This document shows, piece after piece, positions 1 through 9,704 of a DNA stretch of 64,000 bases (its first letter is position 1; each line of letters begins with the position of its first letter). Below the pieces are notes generated by a model. That model saw only the letters and a program-made list of their open reading frames with translations, ran no database searches and was not told the origin of the DNA. Origin of the DNA: Candidatus Binatia bacterium. GTDB lineage: Bacteria > Desulfobacterota > Binatia > HRBIN30. The stretch is taken from contig JBBRSP010000012.1 of the NCBI GenBank assembly GCA_038245295.1, forward strand, positions 136,798 to 200,797, written 5' to 3'. A program made the translations under genes and the position numbers.

Positions 1-77
1 AGCCATCGCGCGCTGCACCGCATCCTGCTCATGGTCGAAAGGGCACGGACGACGGTCCAAGCTAAGGCGAAGGAGGA

Positions 78-149
<72 letters not shown>

Positions 150-214
150 ATACTCGCTGTGCCACGAGAACTTTGGTTCCTAGGTCAATCGGTTTGGGGT
201 GTCAACGAAGCCGC

Positions 215-832
215 TCAGAGAACAGCGCTGCTGGCGGGCGGCGGCTTGAATCCTTGAGCCACGGCGTACAACTCGGCAGAGCCTTTGCGCGTCGCGTCCG
301 GCTTGGTGGAACGCACTTCGCGAAACTGGAGGCGTAGTTGATCGAGATAGGGCTTGGTGGCTTCGCGCATAAAAAGCTTCACGACGAGTGTGCCGCCGGG
401 CTTGAGGATTCGATGGGTGACATCCAACGCGATTTGCCACAACACAATCGAGTTGGCTTCGTCGCGATCGCGGATGCCGCTCAGTTTCGGCGAGAGGTCG
501 GACAGGACGACGTCCACCTTGCCACCAGCACACTCGATAACTCGATCGAGAACCTTATGATCGGTGATATCACCCTGCAGACCCTTGGCATGCAGAGCCC
601 CGGAGATGGCGGCAATCGGTTGGAGATCGACGCCGATCACACACCCGGCAGGCCCAACCGCCTCGGCCACGACTTGCATCCAACCGCCGGGCCACGCACC
701 CAGGTCAACAACGCGCGCCCCAGGACGGAACAACTTGTACTGCTTGGCTAGCTCCTCGAGCTTGTAGGCGGCACGCGAGCGATATCCTTCGCGCTTGGCG
801 CGCGTGTAGAAGGCATCCTTGCGCTCGTACAC
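215..832 (-). CDS. rlmE: 23S rRNA Um2552 2'-O-methyltransferase RlmE (FtsJ/RrmJ)
   Basis: AKREGYRSRAAYKL, VVDLGAWPGGW, VVLSD, VVKLF, KPDATRKGSAELY motifs. Confidence 0.95.
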   Translation of the reverse strand: MYERKDAFYTRAKREGYRSRAAYKLEELAKQYKLFRPGARVVDLGAWPGGWMQVVAEAVGPAGCVIGVDLQPIAAISGALHAKGLQGDITDHKVLDRVIECAGGKVDVVLSDLSPKLSGIRDRDEANSIVLWQIALDVTHRILKPGGTLVVKLFMREATKPYLDQLRLQFREVRSTKPDATRKGSAELYAVAQGFKPPPASSAVL

Positions 833-847
833 GAACGCAACGCTACC

Positions 848-1096
848 TTAGTAGGCCCGTGTTTCGCCGTGCGCGTGATGCCCGAAAAAGTTTTCCAAAT
901 AGGGACGCGACACAACGTAGTGCAACGGGCGAAACACCAACCATTCGAACGTGAAACCGATCGGGTACACGACGTAGGCAGCGATGCGCAGCGGATGAGT
1001 CTGCGTATCATCGTAGTCTTCGGTGCTCGCGAAGACTCGGCTCGAAGTCACACCCAACGTACACACCAAGGCAAATACAGTGATAAAGCGCTTCAT
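848..1096 (-). CDS. small exported/membrane hypothetical protein
   Basis: Signal-peptide-like N-terminus, GAGGAG SD, fits between pgeF and rlmE on the same strand. Confidence 0.75.
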   Translation of the reverse strand: MKRFITVFALVCTLGVTSSRVFASTEDYDDTQTHPLRIAAYVVYPIGFTFEWLVFRPLHYVVSRPYLENFFGHHAHGETRAY

Positions 1097-1150
1097 GGGT
1101 TTATCTCCTCGACACGCAGACCGTACCAGAAGAACCTGGTACAGCCAATC

Positions 1151-1909
1151 TCAATTTGGAATTCCGACGAAGCTGAGCTGACGCCCCGTGCACCCGCCGC
1201 TGGCGCGGTGTGAGAAGTAGGCGTCTGCTTCGCAACGTGTGCACCCACCAAGCAGGAGGACGGCCTCACTCCTGACGCCGGCCAGCTCCAGTTGCCGCGC
1301 GTTGAGTCGCCGCAGGTCGACCCTAACCTTGGTGTTTTCACTGACTACCCCCAATGCCTCCGCAACGTCTGCCTCTACTTCGTAGCAGCACCCGCCAATC
1401 GACGGCCCGAGCAGCGCCTCGACCTGTTCGACGGGTAGGCTGAATCGTTGCGTCAGGACCTCGAGCACGCGTCCCACAATCCCGGCGGCGGTACCGCGCC
1501 AACCGGCGTGGATGGCCGCAACGCAGCGCCCCGAACGCGCCCGCAACAAAATCGGAACGCAATCCGCCGTCAGAACGCCAACGGCAATTCCGGGACGATC
1601 GCAGACGATCGCATCGGCCTCACCAAGCCGCACAGGGGGCGGAGCACTCGGATCCGACCCAGGCGCATCACCCTCGACGACAAGTATGTTGGTGCCATGA
1701 ACCTGGCGTGGAATGACCAATGGTACATCGTGGAGGTGGAGCTGAAGGCGACGCCAGTTCTCGGCAACTCGTTCGGGATCGTCGTTCACACTGAAGGAAA
1801 GGTTGAGCTCCGAATAGGCGTCGGCGCTAACGCCGCCGGCGCGGCCGGTGAACCCGTGAATCGATGGACCCCACTCCGCCGCCTGCAGAATCGGGATCGC
1901 GGGAATCAC
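1151..1909 (-). CDS. pgeF: PgeF/YfiH family (peptidoglycan editing factor, purine nucleoside phosphorylase-like)
   Basis: QVHG, TADCVPILL, HAGWRG, GPSIGGCCYEV, CTRC..YFSHR..GRQ. Confidence 0.93.
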   Translation of the reverse strand: MIPAIPILQAAEWGPSIHGFTGRAGGVSADAYSELNLSFSVNDDPERVAENWRRLQLHLHDVPLVIPRQVHGTNILVVEGDAPGSDPSAPPPVRLGEADAIVCDRPGIAVGVLTADCVPILLRARSGRCVAAIHAGWRGTAAGIVGRVLEVLTQRFSLPVEQVEALLGPSIGGCCYEVEADVAEALGVVSENTKVRVDLRRLNARQLELAGVRSEAVLLLGGCTRCEADAYFSHRASGGCTGRQLSFVGIPN

Positions 1910-3381
1910 GCGCGTTCAGAGCAGCAGTTGCGAATCAGTTCGCGAAGCTGTGCCGGATTGGTTGTCTCGAGATGCAAGATGGTATCGATTGCGCGTTCCA
2001 TCTTCTCCTTGCGCAGGGAGTAACGCGTTTCGCGGCGAAACTTGTCTTCGACACTCTTACGACGATCATCAAACGTGCGGCCCACGGCGCCGAACGGGAT
2101 CTCTTGTTCCGCTTCGAAGTGGCGCCCATCCTCCATCTCGATGCGCACGCGCGACCCGAACGACATCTTGAAATTCGCCAATTCCGCCGATCGTAGACTC
2201 AGCTCGAAGCGTTGCCCGCCACTGTCGTGAGCCACCTTCACGGGCGACGCCGAGCGCATACGCTGGCCCATTTCTTCGTCCAGCGAGAGGGTAACTTTCT
2301 CAGCCAAAGCCCATGTGGCCGCATCTTTGATCCGCTCGCGCGTGAACTGACGCGCCGTCAGCTCCTTATCGAGCAAGGCCGCGGCGACGTTGTATCCAAC
2401 CGTAAAATTGAGGGTCACCGGCAGACTGTCGGGACCGCAGAGAAAGGGAGCCGCCATTGCCTGCATCCCGAGGGCGAGGGGGCTGGCCGCGACGCTGACG
2501 CTCTTCACCTTCTTACCATCGATACTGTGCTGTCGCTGTAAGCTGAGAACACAATCGATGATCGTGTCGATGTAGGCGCAGCCCGGATACAGCTTGTAGG
2601 ACAAGGTCTCACTGAGCCAAACCTCGCCCAACCCGTCGAAGGCCACCAACAGGGGTTGGGCAGCAAAGACCGACGCAAAACCACCCTCGTCTTCGACAAT
2701 GCCCGCATGGCCACGCAGCCCGTTCGCCGCCAACTGCGCCGCCTGCACACCCGCCGTGGTTGTCGAGGCGGCAAGCAGGATCTTGGCGTCCGAGCCGAAG
2801 AAGCCGGGGCGCAGCGGGTACGTCGGTTGAACCAAGGCAATTCCCAAAGCGGATTGCGCTTGAGTCTCGTCCAACCCAAGCATCTTCGAGCCAACGGTCG
2901 CACCGGCGGCGAGATGGATGAAGCTCCACATCTGACCGTTGAGCGGCCCGGACATACACGCCGCGCCGAAACGCCCACCGACTTCGTTCGCGGCGATCTG
3001 CGCCAACAGAACATCCTTGCCCGAAAGCCCAAGCTGCTCGCCGAGCGCCAAGGAGGCCAAGACCGCGGAATGCCCCGTATGGCCGGCGAAGAGATAGTCG
3101 TCGTAGTCGAGGGCCATGCTCAGGGCAGCGTTGGCATAGAGAGCGTTATGCAGCGACGTACGCTCACCCGACGGGATCATCGTCGCGTCTTTCGAAGCGC
3201 CCCATTCGCGCACAGTGCGCGAAACGACCTTTCCAGCGTCGGAGAAATGGCCGGCGTGGACGGCGGCAACAACCGAAAGCAACTGATTCTTGGCTTCCTC
3301 GACGACACGGCGTGGCAGGTCGTCAAACTTGACGCGGTTTACCCACCCCGCAATGCGCCCGGTAATGCTTCCGCTACTCAT
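1906..3381 (-). CDS. MmgE/PrpD family protein
   Basis: ALDYDDY..GH, SYKLYPGCAY, RVRIEMEDGR, VEDKF; start placed at MSSGS. Confidence 0.88.
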   Translation of the reverse strand: MSSGSITGRIAGWVNRVKFDDLPRRVVEEAKNQLLSVVAAVHAGHFSDAGKVVSRTVREWGASKDATMIPSGERTSLHNALYANAALSMALDYDDYLFAGHTGHSAVLASLALGEQLGLSGKDVLLAQIAANEVGGRFGAACMSGPLNGQMWSFIHLAAGATVGSKMLGLDETQAQSALGIALVQPTYPLRPGFFGSDAKILLAASTTTAGVQAAQLAANGLRGHAGIVEDEGGFASVFAAQPLLVAFDGLGEVWLSETLSYKLYPGCAYIDTIIDCVLSLQRQHSIDGKKVKSVSVAASPLALGMQAMAAPFLCGPDSLPVTLNFTVGYNVAAALLDKELTARQFTRERIKDAATWALAEKVTLSLDEEMGQRMRSASPVKVAHDSGGQRFELSLRSAELANFKMSFGSRVRIEMEDGRHFEAEQEIPFGAVGRTFDDRRKSVEDKFRRETRYSLRKEKMERAIDTILHLETTNPAQLRELIRNCCSERA

Positions 3382-3543
3382 CCTGGTTCGCCTTTCAAAG
3401 ACTCGTGACGCCGCCGCTTGTAACCGAAAGTGGACGCAATACGCCAGTGCTGATCGCTCACACCAGGCCAACTGCACCAGGCCAGAGACTGGCCGCAATA
3501 TGGAATCTTTCGCCCAGACACGTCGATCGGAGGAGTTCTCCGA

Positions 3544-3954
3544 TCAAAACAGGCGGCGGTACTCAATCGCCGGGCATCGATCCATGACGACGGTTAACCC
3601 AGCCGCATTGGCCCGTTCTGCGGCCGCTTCGTCGATGACACCAAGCTGCAGCCAGACAATCCGCGCGCCCAATTCAATCGCCTCATCCACGACCGCTCCG
3701 GCTTGTTCCGATCGACGAAAGACATCGACCATTTCCGCACCAGGGACGATGTCGGCCAGTCGCGCATAACACGGGCGATCGAGCACGGAGGTGACCGCGG
3801 GGTTCACCGGAACCACATCATGGCCGCGCTGGATCAGCAGTTGGGCAATGCGAAAGCTATCGCGCCTCGGATCAGCCGAACAGCCAACGACGGCGATACG
3901 GCGCGGAGTCGCCAAGATGTCACGGATGACTGAGTCAGAGGGGTTCTGGAACAC
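3544..3954 (-). CDS. CoA-binding protein (YccU-like)
   Basis: IAVVGCS, VVPVNP, VDVFRR, VWLQLG, VVMDRC. Confidence 0.9.
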   Translation of the reverse strand: MFQNPSDSVIRDILATPRRIAVVGCSADPRRDSFRIAQLLIQRGHDVVPVNPAVTSVLDRPCYARLADIVPGAEMVDVFRRSEQAGAVVDEAIELGARIVWLQLGVIDEAAAERANAAGLTVVMDRCPAIEYRRLF

Positions 3955-3968
3955 AGGCAACCACGCGG

Positions 3969-4472
3969 TCAAACGCAACGTGCGTCGGTCGGGGAAGGAG
4001 CAAGGCGATCAATGATGCGCGCCAGACAGACTTTGATCTCGTCACGGCAAGCCGCATAAACTTCCTCGCCTTTGCCGACGGGGTCTTCGATGTCGCCGAT
4101 GACGCCGGCGAACTCCTTCAGCGTCTGGACCGGCTTTCCGACAGCTTCAGGGAACCCGTCCTCCAACATTCTAATCTGCGGTGCGGTCATGGCGAGGATC
4201 AGATCGGCGGCAGAAACGAGATGACGATTCCGCTTGAGGTCGGTCGAAACCGCTTCGGGCGAAATGACGATGCCTTCGTCCCGCAACACGAGACGGGCAT
4301 CCATCGAGACGAGTGCGCCGTCCCTAGCGTATGCGGCCACTCCGCCACTGCGAAGGTCGATGAGGTGGCCGACGCCGCGAGCGTCGATCATTCGGCGCAG
4401 CAGTGCCTCGGCGATGATGCTGCGACAAGTGTTGGCGTGACAGATGATGAGAATGTTGCGGAAGGGAACCAC
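3969..4472 (-). CDS. low-molecular-weight protein Tyr/Arg phosphatase family
   Basis: CX5R P-loop CHANTCRS and DIEDP general-acid loop; start uncertain. Confidence 0.88.
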   Translation of the reverse strand: MVPFRNILIICHANTCRSIIAEALLRRMIDARGVGHLIDLRSGGVAAYARDGALVSMDARLVLRDEGIVISPEAVSTDLKRNRHLVSAADLILAMTAPQIRMLEDGFPEAVGKPVQTLKEFAGVIGDIEDPVGKGEEVYAACRDEIKVCLARIIDRLAPSPTDARCV

Positions 4473-4531
4473 GGGGGAGCACTCCCGTGCGGGGCGGCAA
4501 GGGGCCACCCCGCACGTGTGAGCCGACAGGC

Positions 4532-5479
4532 TTACCCAGCCATCGCTGCCATCAGGATCTTGGTCATATCTTCTTTTTCCGTGGCGCCCTTAGCGAGCTC
4601 CGTCTTGAGCGCGCCACCGAGCTTGTCGGCATCCCAGGTGGACTGCTGCGAGACCTTACCAACGGTGTGCCACCCTTGCATCAGCCAAACCGTGCCACCA
4701 CCGACCCGGAAGACTTCACCATGAACGCCGCTGGCATCGTCGCTCGCCAGCCAGGCAACCAACGGCGCAATGTTCTGCGGTCCGAAGATATCAAATTCAC
4801 CGGCGCCCACTTCACGTCCCATGATGGCCGCCGTCGAGGGCGTCGCGTCGACAGTGAGACGCGTGCGAGCGATCGGGGCAATCGCATTCGCGGTAACGCC
4901 GTACTTTGCCATCTCCTTGTCGATGATGATCGCCATACAGGCCAACGCCGCCTTGGCGGAGCCATAATTGCCCTGGCCGAGGTTGCCGAGCAGACCGGCA
5001 TCCGAAGACGTATTGATGATGCGACCGTTCAAGATGCTGCCCTTCTTATGCTCTTCACGCCAGTACTCGCAGGCGTGTCGAGCCATATTGAAGGACCCCT
5101 TGAGGTGGACGGCAATCACGGCGTCCCAGTCCTCTTCGGCCATATTGAAAATCATACGATCGCGCAGGATGCCGGCGTTGTTGACGACGATATTGAGCTT
5201 TCCGAACGTATCGATGGCGCATTCGATGATGCGCTTGGCACCCTTGAAATCGGAAACACTTTCGCCGTTGGCGATGGCGTCGCCGCCCATCTTCTTGATC
5301 TCGACAACAACCTCTTGCGCCGGCGTACCGGTTGATCCGCCACTGCCGTCGAAGTGAGCCCCGAGGTCGTTCACCACGACCTTGGCGCCCAGGTGCGCCA
5401 TCAAGAGCGCTTCCTCGCGGCCAATGCCGCGCCCCGAACCGGTTACAACCGCAACTTTACCCTCGAGTAGACGTGCCAT
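4532..5479 (-). CDS. SDR oxidoreductase (hydroxyacyl-CoA dehydrogenase-like subfamily)
   Basis: TGSGRGIG, VVVNDLG, NNAGILRD, YGSAK; AAGGAGGAG SD. Confidence 0.93.
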   Translation of the reverse strand: MARLLEGKVAVVTGSGRGIGREEALLMAHLGAKVVVNDLGAHFDGSGGSTGTPAQEVVVEIKKMGGDAIANGESVSDFKGAKRIIECAIDTFGKLNIVVNNAGILRDRMIFNMAEEDWDAVIAVHLKGSFNMARHACEYWREEHKKGSILNGRIINTSSDAGLLGNLGQGNYGSAKAALACMAIIIDKEMAKYGVTANAIAPIARTRLTVDATPSTAAIMGREVGAGEFDIFGPQNIAPLVAWLASDDASGVHGEVFRVGGGTVWLMQGWHTVGKVSQQSTWDADKLGGALKTELAKGATEKEDMTKILMAAMAG

Positions 5480-5679
5480 GCACTCCTCCTTAACGAAATC
5501 GAACGTTGGCTTGTTCGTGCTTTGACGCGCGCGGCTCCACGTGAGCCGACGTCAGGACAAACTCCAAATAACTGCCCCCAAATCCAAAGCCTTGTCAAGG
5601 CGACCCGCTCATGCAGTTGCCGCGACAACCCTCGTCGCCGGGGCGGAATGCTCAAGACGTCGATAGGTCGACTTCTCCT

Positions 5680-5708
5680 TTGAGTGAACCGTCAAAAAAC
5701 GCTATCAT
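5680..5708 (+). promoter_or_regulatory. sigma70-like promoter for the 46-aa ORF
   Basis: TTGAGT-N17-TATCAT directly upstream of GGAGGT SD. Confidence 0.55.
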
Positions 5709-5729
5709 CACCCGCCGTGGAGGTAGCCG

Positions 5730-5870
5730 ATGCGTCAGTTCATCTACGGAGTGCTTTGCGGCGTAGGATTCTGGTTGGCCTGGGAGAAATCGGATCCCGT
5801 CGCCATGTTCCGCCACCTCAACAATCTGACCGCCGACGCCGCTAAATCAACAGTCGGCTACAGACACTAG
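5730..5870 (+). CDS. 46-aa small membrane-anchored protein (below ORF-track cutoff)
   Basis: MRQFIYGVLCGVGFWLAWEKSDPVAMFRHLNNLTADAAKSTVGYRH; GGAGGT SD; stop overlaps convergent gene at CTAG. Confidence 0.7.
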   Translation: MRQFIYGVLCGVGFWLAWEKSDPVAMFRHLNNLTADAAKSTVGYRH

Positions 5871-6700
5871 CGCATCGCCAAAACGGTTCGGCCGCAACCC
5901 GATGCCGCCGCATCGCGAATCGCCTGCATAGCCTCGTGCCGTGACAGCTTCCCAGAGCGTCGCATCGATCGCATCTCACGACCGATACACATCAAATATT
6001 CGCCGCGCGACTTCCATAACCCGCCCACTCGCGGCCCGTTGCAGGGGCACGCTTGGGCGGCCGTACAGCCGTGCGCCGAAACCGCCTCACGCCGATCGCT
6101 GTCAGAACACTCATCGCAGGCGTCCCCCACCTGGTCGTGGTCCTGGTCTCGTTGATCGACGTTCGCCACGTGCGGACAGTTGTCATTTGTGTCGGCAACC
6201 CCATCGCCATCCGTATCCGAGTCCGCCTTATCGCTGGCAACCGCGAAGAGGACCACGAGATATGATTTCGCCGCATCGCGAGGAGATGCCAAGACTAGCT
6301 CTATGCGTTGTTCAGCTGCGACTTGGCGACGCCCGCTATTGAGCATCACCTGCACACCGTCGATTTGCGCCTCGAGCACCATCAACTGCCGCATCAGGCC
6401 GATTCGCTCCAAGAACCCCCTGCCGCCGATTTTGTGCGAACTGCTCGCAAGGTGCAGATTCGTAACCGCGGCCACTGCGGGGCGATCCGCCAGGGGTAGC
6501 AACGTGACATCAAAGTCGCCGCTCAACGTTTCCGCGCGACTGACCGGCGAGGCGCCGTCACGACCGGTCTCGGTGATCGAACTTTGAGGCTGAAGGACAT
6601 AGTGCCGACTGGTCGCCGCGGCGCATGGTCGCCCTCGACTGGCGAGAAGGAGGAGCACCGCAAAAGCCGGCGTGACTAGCCGTGAGTACGTCCGGGGCAT
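5867..6700 (-). CDS. exported protein with thrombospondin type-3 (Ca-binding) repeats and Cys-rich C-terminal domain
   Basis: Signal peptide; DTDGDGVADTNDNCPHVANVDQRDQDHDQVGDACD. Confidence 0.82.
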   Translation of the reverse strand: MPRTYSRLVTPAFAVLLLLASRGRPCAAATSRHYVLQPQSSITETGRDGASPVSRAETLSGDFDVTLLPLADRPAVAAVTNLHLASSSHKIGGRGFLERIGLMRQLMVLEAQIDGVQVMLNSGRRQVAAEQRIELVLASPRDAAKSYLVVLFAVASDKADSDTDGDGVADTNDNCPHVANVDQRDQDHDQVGDACDECSDSDRREAVSAHGCTAAQACPCNGPRVGGLWKSRGEYLMCIGREMRSMRRSGKLSRHEAMQAIRDAAASGCGRTVLAMR

Positions 6701-6768
6701 TCGAGAAATTAAGATGTCGGTGAATGGGGCGGGAAGCAAGCGCTGAAGCTCAGCTTCGCACCGAATTG

Positions 6769-7188
6769 TCAGAAGGGAATGTCATCGTCTCCGCTGGGCT
6801 GCCCTGGGTCTTCGCCCGGCGGAACACTCATGGCACCGCCCTCGGCGCCCGCGCCGCGGCCTCCCGCTCCGCCAAGAAAGCGGACGTTAAGCGCAACGAT
6901 TTCGGTAATATACTTCTTATTTCCATCTTTATCGTCGTAGTTGCGGGTTTGGATCCGCCCCTCGACGAACACTTGTCGACCCTTGGCGAGATACTGGCCG
7001 CAGCTCTCCGCTTGCTTGCCCCACACGACGACGTTGTGCCACTCTGTACGTTCCTGCATTTGCCCTTGCTGATCGCGCCACTTCTCACTTGTGGCTACCG
7101 GGAACTTGGCAACGGCCTGACCGCCAGGGGTGAAGCGAACCTCGGGATCTTTGCCGAGGTTGCCGATGAGCATCACTTTGTTCAGCAC
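6769..7188 (-). CDS. ssb: single-stranded DNA-binding protein
   Basis: [33 protein letters not shown]-terminal DDDIPF. Confidence 0.98.
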   Translation of the reverse strand: MLNKVMLIGNLGKDPEVRFTPGGQAVAKFPVATSEKWRDQQGQMQERTEWHNVVVWGKQAESCGQYLAKGRQVFVEGRIQTRNYDDKDGNKKYITEIVALNVRFLGGAGGRGAGAEGGAMSVPPGEDPGQPSGDDDIPF

Positions 7189-7236
7189 AGTGTGAAGACG
7201 CCTAACAAATGGCGATCAATCGTGTCAACCGATGAA

Positions 7237-7422
7237 TCAGACCTCGTCCCATTCCGGCGGGTCAACCGGCAACGCGGCCGACGTGGTGACTAGTCGGTGA
7301 ACGACGCTGCTTCGCCGTGGAAGCGCCTTGGTACGCCGGACCCTCGACGCCGGCGCCGGAATGATGAACGGAAGAACTTTCCCCCGGGTACCCGGAAGCG
7401 CCTCATCACCAATCTTCTTCAT
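7237..7422 (-). CDS. 61-aa hypothetical protein
   Basis: AGAGGGA SD and a correctly spaced sigma54-type promoter upstream; no recognisable domain. Confidence 0.5.
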   Translation of the reverse strand: MKKIGDEALPGTRGKVLPFIIPAPASRVRRTKALPRRSSVVHRLVTTSAALPVDPPEWDEV

Positions 7423-7449
7423 CGTGTACTTTCCCTCTATCCTGTTGCG

Positions 7450-7465
7450 AGCAAGTAGGGTGCCG
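7450..7465 (-). promoter_or_regulatory. sigma54 (-24/-12) promoter
   Basis: CGGCAC-CCTAC-TTGCT. Confidence 0.6.
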
Positions 7466-7585
7466 ATCGCCCAGGTGGCGTAGCTTCAGCTAGACAGCCC
7501 GATAGCTGTCTGGAGAAGCGGACACATTGCTGCAAATTCAGGAATTCCAGTGCCCCCTGAAGAGTACACTTTACACCACTCCCTT

Positions 7586-7643
7586 CAAACCAAAAGGGAG
7601 CGGGCTCGCACCGACGAATCGGCATCCGAGCCCGCTTCCCTTT
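7586..7643 (-). terminator. Rho-independent terminator after the porin gene
   Basis: AAAGGGA(A)GCGGGCTCG...CGAGCCCGCTCCC stem followed by TTTTGGTTT on the minus strand. Confidence 0.8.
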
Positions 7644-7690
7644 AACCACCGCCGCTCCACCCTACGTCGAGAACGGCAAAAGGACTGAGA

Positions 7691-9010
7691 CTAGAAAGAG
7701 TAGACCGCTTGCGTTGCGATGGTGTCCTGCCCGCGGACGAATTCACCGTTGTGCTGGAACAACTTCTGATTGGCTTCGTCATGGCGGTATTCAGCCCGCA
7801 CCAGCAAGCCGTCGGTGACCTGATACGCCAACGTCGGAGTGATCTCCCACGCCGTCGAACCATTTGGCGCCTGCGTGTTGGCGAAACGCGTTCCGTCGGT
7901 GTCGTCGAACACTTCACCGCGCAATGCGATCGAGAGTGCGTCCGTCGCCTTCACGACTCCATACAACGCACCGCCGTACCATTCGGCCGATTTGTCCCCG
8001 GCCGCACCCACCAGATCGCTCTCGTTACCATAGGTACCTTCGGCGGCGATCGTGAGGATGTCGGTTGGCTTCACCGTGACAACACCGGTCAAGGCAGCTC
8101 GCTTCGAGTGGCCATTGTCCGTCTGCTCCGGACCATACGCCGCGGAGAAGTACATCGAGACGATGTCAGTCGGATTCAGAGACAACCCGGCAATGCCTGT
8201 CTTGCCGCTGTTGTTGTCGACGACATTGTCCCAGCCGTTGACGACACCGAGATCGAGAGCCGCGATGCTCCCCATGGGGATGTTGGCCAACAGACCGGTG
8301 TGGGTGAACGGAATTCCGTACCCAAAACTGATCGACCTCGACACGTTGAAGTTATGGTTGTCGAAATTGTCGATGATCTCCGCACCCAACAAGGTCACGA
8401 ACCGGCCGGCCTTGAATGTAACGCCGTCCAGGGACTCGGAAAGCTTGTAGGTGAGGTAGGCCTCACGGAGCTCGAACGAGTTGGTCTGCTCGGTCGTGTT
8501 ACTGTTGCTCCAGTGCGACACGCTACCCACCACCTCAGCCGCCTTACCGAAGTCGAGGTTCGTCACGAACCCAAGCCCTTCATCGGTCTTACGAGAGATG
8601 TTCAGGTTCGCGTAATCCAGAGAGAACGTGTTCGCGTCGGTGTCGAAGGTGCGCAGGGTATTGCCGCGCGAATTGGGAGTGTTGAAATTGTACAGGTAGC
8701 TTCCGGCGACAAACCCATGAATCGACACACCCAGCTTCTCGGTAATCGTGGCCTGCGTTTCCTTGAGACTGGTTTCCAGCCCGAGTACACGATCCTTGAC
8801 CGTCGCCGTCTCCGCCGCTGCACCCTTCTGTTGCGTGTCGACCTTTTGCTCGAGTGCTCGCACGCGAGCTTCCAATGCGGCGTCGTCGCTATCCGCAGCC
8901 GCTTCCGCTTTGCTCTTGGCGATTGCCTGACTGGCCCCCATGGATACTGCCAGTAGGCAAAGCGCCATCACCACGGCCCTTTTGTGATTCCCCGTCCCGC
9001 TCATGTGCAT
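7691..9010 (-). CDS. outer-membrane beta-barrel porin (BBP2-like) with N-terminal coiled coil
   Basis: Signal peptide, coiled coil, ELREAYL, GRFVTLLGAE, PFTHTG, VVNGWD, RAEYRHD, terminal aromatic YSF; AAAGGAGGAG SD (start 9010 or 9004). Confidence 0.88.
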   Translation of the reverse strand: MHMSGTGNHKRAVVMALCLLAVSMGASQAIAKSKAEAAADSDDAALEARVRALEQKVDTQQKGAAAETATVKDRVLGLETSLKETQATITEKLGVSIHGFVAGSYLYNFNTPNSRGNTLRTFDTDANTFSLDYANLNISRKTDEGLGFVTNLDFGKAAEVVGSVSHWSNSNTTEQTNSFELREAYLTYKLSESLDGVTFKAGRFVTLLGAEIIDNFDNHNFNVSRSISFGYGIPFTHTGLLANIPMGSIAALDLGVVNGWDNVVDNNSGKTGIAGLSLNPTDIVSMYFSAAYGPEQTDNGHSKRAALTGVVTVKPTDILTIAAEGTYGNESDLVGAAGDKSAEWYGGALYGVVKATDALSIALRGEVFDDTDGTRFANTQAPNGSTAWEITPTLAYQVTDGLLVRAEYRHDEANQKLFQHNGEFVRGQDTIATQAVYSF

Positions 9011-9066
9011 TCGCTCCTCCTTTGGACCCGCGGGGCTTGACCCCGGTTCGTCGAGACAACCGAGGG

Positions 9067-9082
9067 AGCAACGCGAGTGCCA
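9067..9082 (-). promoter_or_regulatory. sigma54 (-24/-12) promoter of the porin gene
   Basis: TGGCAC-TCGCG-TTGCT matches the TGGCAC-N5-TTGCW consensus exactly. Confidence 0.78.
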
Positions 9083-9230
9083 CATGAGGGCGACGCACTC
9101 TGCCGAAGCAGCGGCAGGTTAAACTGCCGATTTTGGCTTCATAGGCAGCAGAAGGCTGCCGCCTTCTTGGGCTCTGCTGTTTTCCGCGGCACGGATTCAA
9201 GCGCTGTTCGGGGCAACTGCCTCTCGAGCT

Positions 9231-9689
9231 TCAGCGCTTCGGGATCAGCACTTTGCGACGCAAGGTCAACACGACCTCCTCGCGCTGATTGCGAGCTCGG
9301 GTCTCGACGTACACCACACCGCGGTCCGGCTTCGTCGACGATTCCGTCTTGTCGAGAACTTCGCTCTCCGCGTAGATCGTATCGCCATGGAATGTCGGCG
9401 CTACGTGACGTACCGATTCGTATTCCAGGTTTGCGATGGCTGTTTGGCTGATGTCCCGCACACTCATACCGACTGTCAGGGCGAAGACAAGAGTTCCGTT
9501 CACCAAACATCGACCGTGCTGCGATTGGCTGGCGAAATGTTCATCGAAGTGCAGCGGGTTGGTGTTCATCGTCATCAACGTGAACCACGTATCATCGAAG
9601 TCACGAATTGTTCGCCCGGGCCAGTGCTTGATGAGCTCACCCACCGTAAAGTCCTCGTAGTATCGCCCCGCTTGTTGGATTGGATTCAT
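9231..9689 (-). CDS. MaoC family (hot-dog fold) dehydratase
   Basis: GRYYEDF, GRTI, NTNPLHFD, PTFHGDT, GVVYVET. Confidence 0.92.
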   Translation of the reverse strand: MNPIQQAGRYYEDFTVGELIKHWPGRTIRDFDDTWFTLMTMNTNPLHFDEHFASQSQHGRCLVNGTLVFALTVGMSVRDISQTAIANLEYESVRHVAPTFHGDTIYAESEVLDKTESSTKPDRGVVYVETRARNQREEVVLTLRRKVLIPKR

Positions 9690-9704
9690 CGTCAAACGTC
9701 CTCG

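Noticed and set aside
9085..9230. Riboswitch upstream of the porin
   Set aside because: No recognisable aptamer consensus; the palindromes lie upstream of the sigma54 promoter and so outside its transcript
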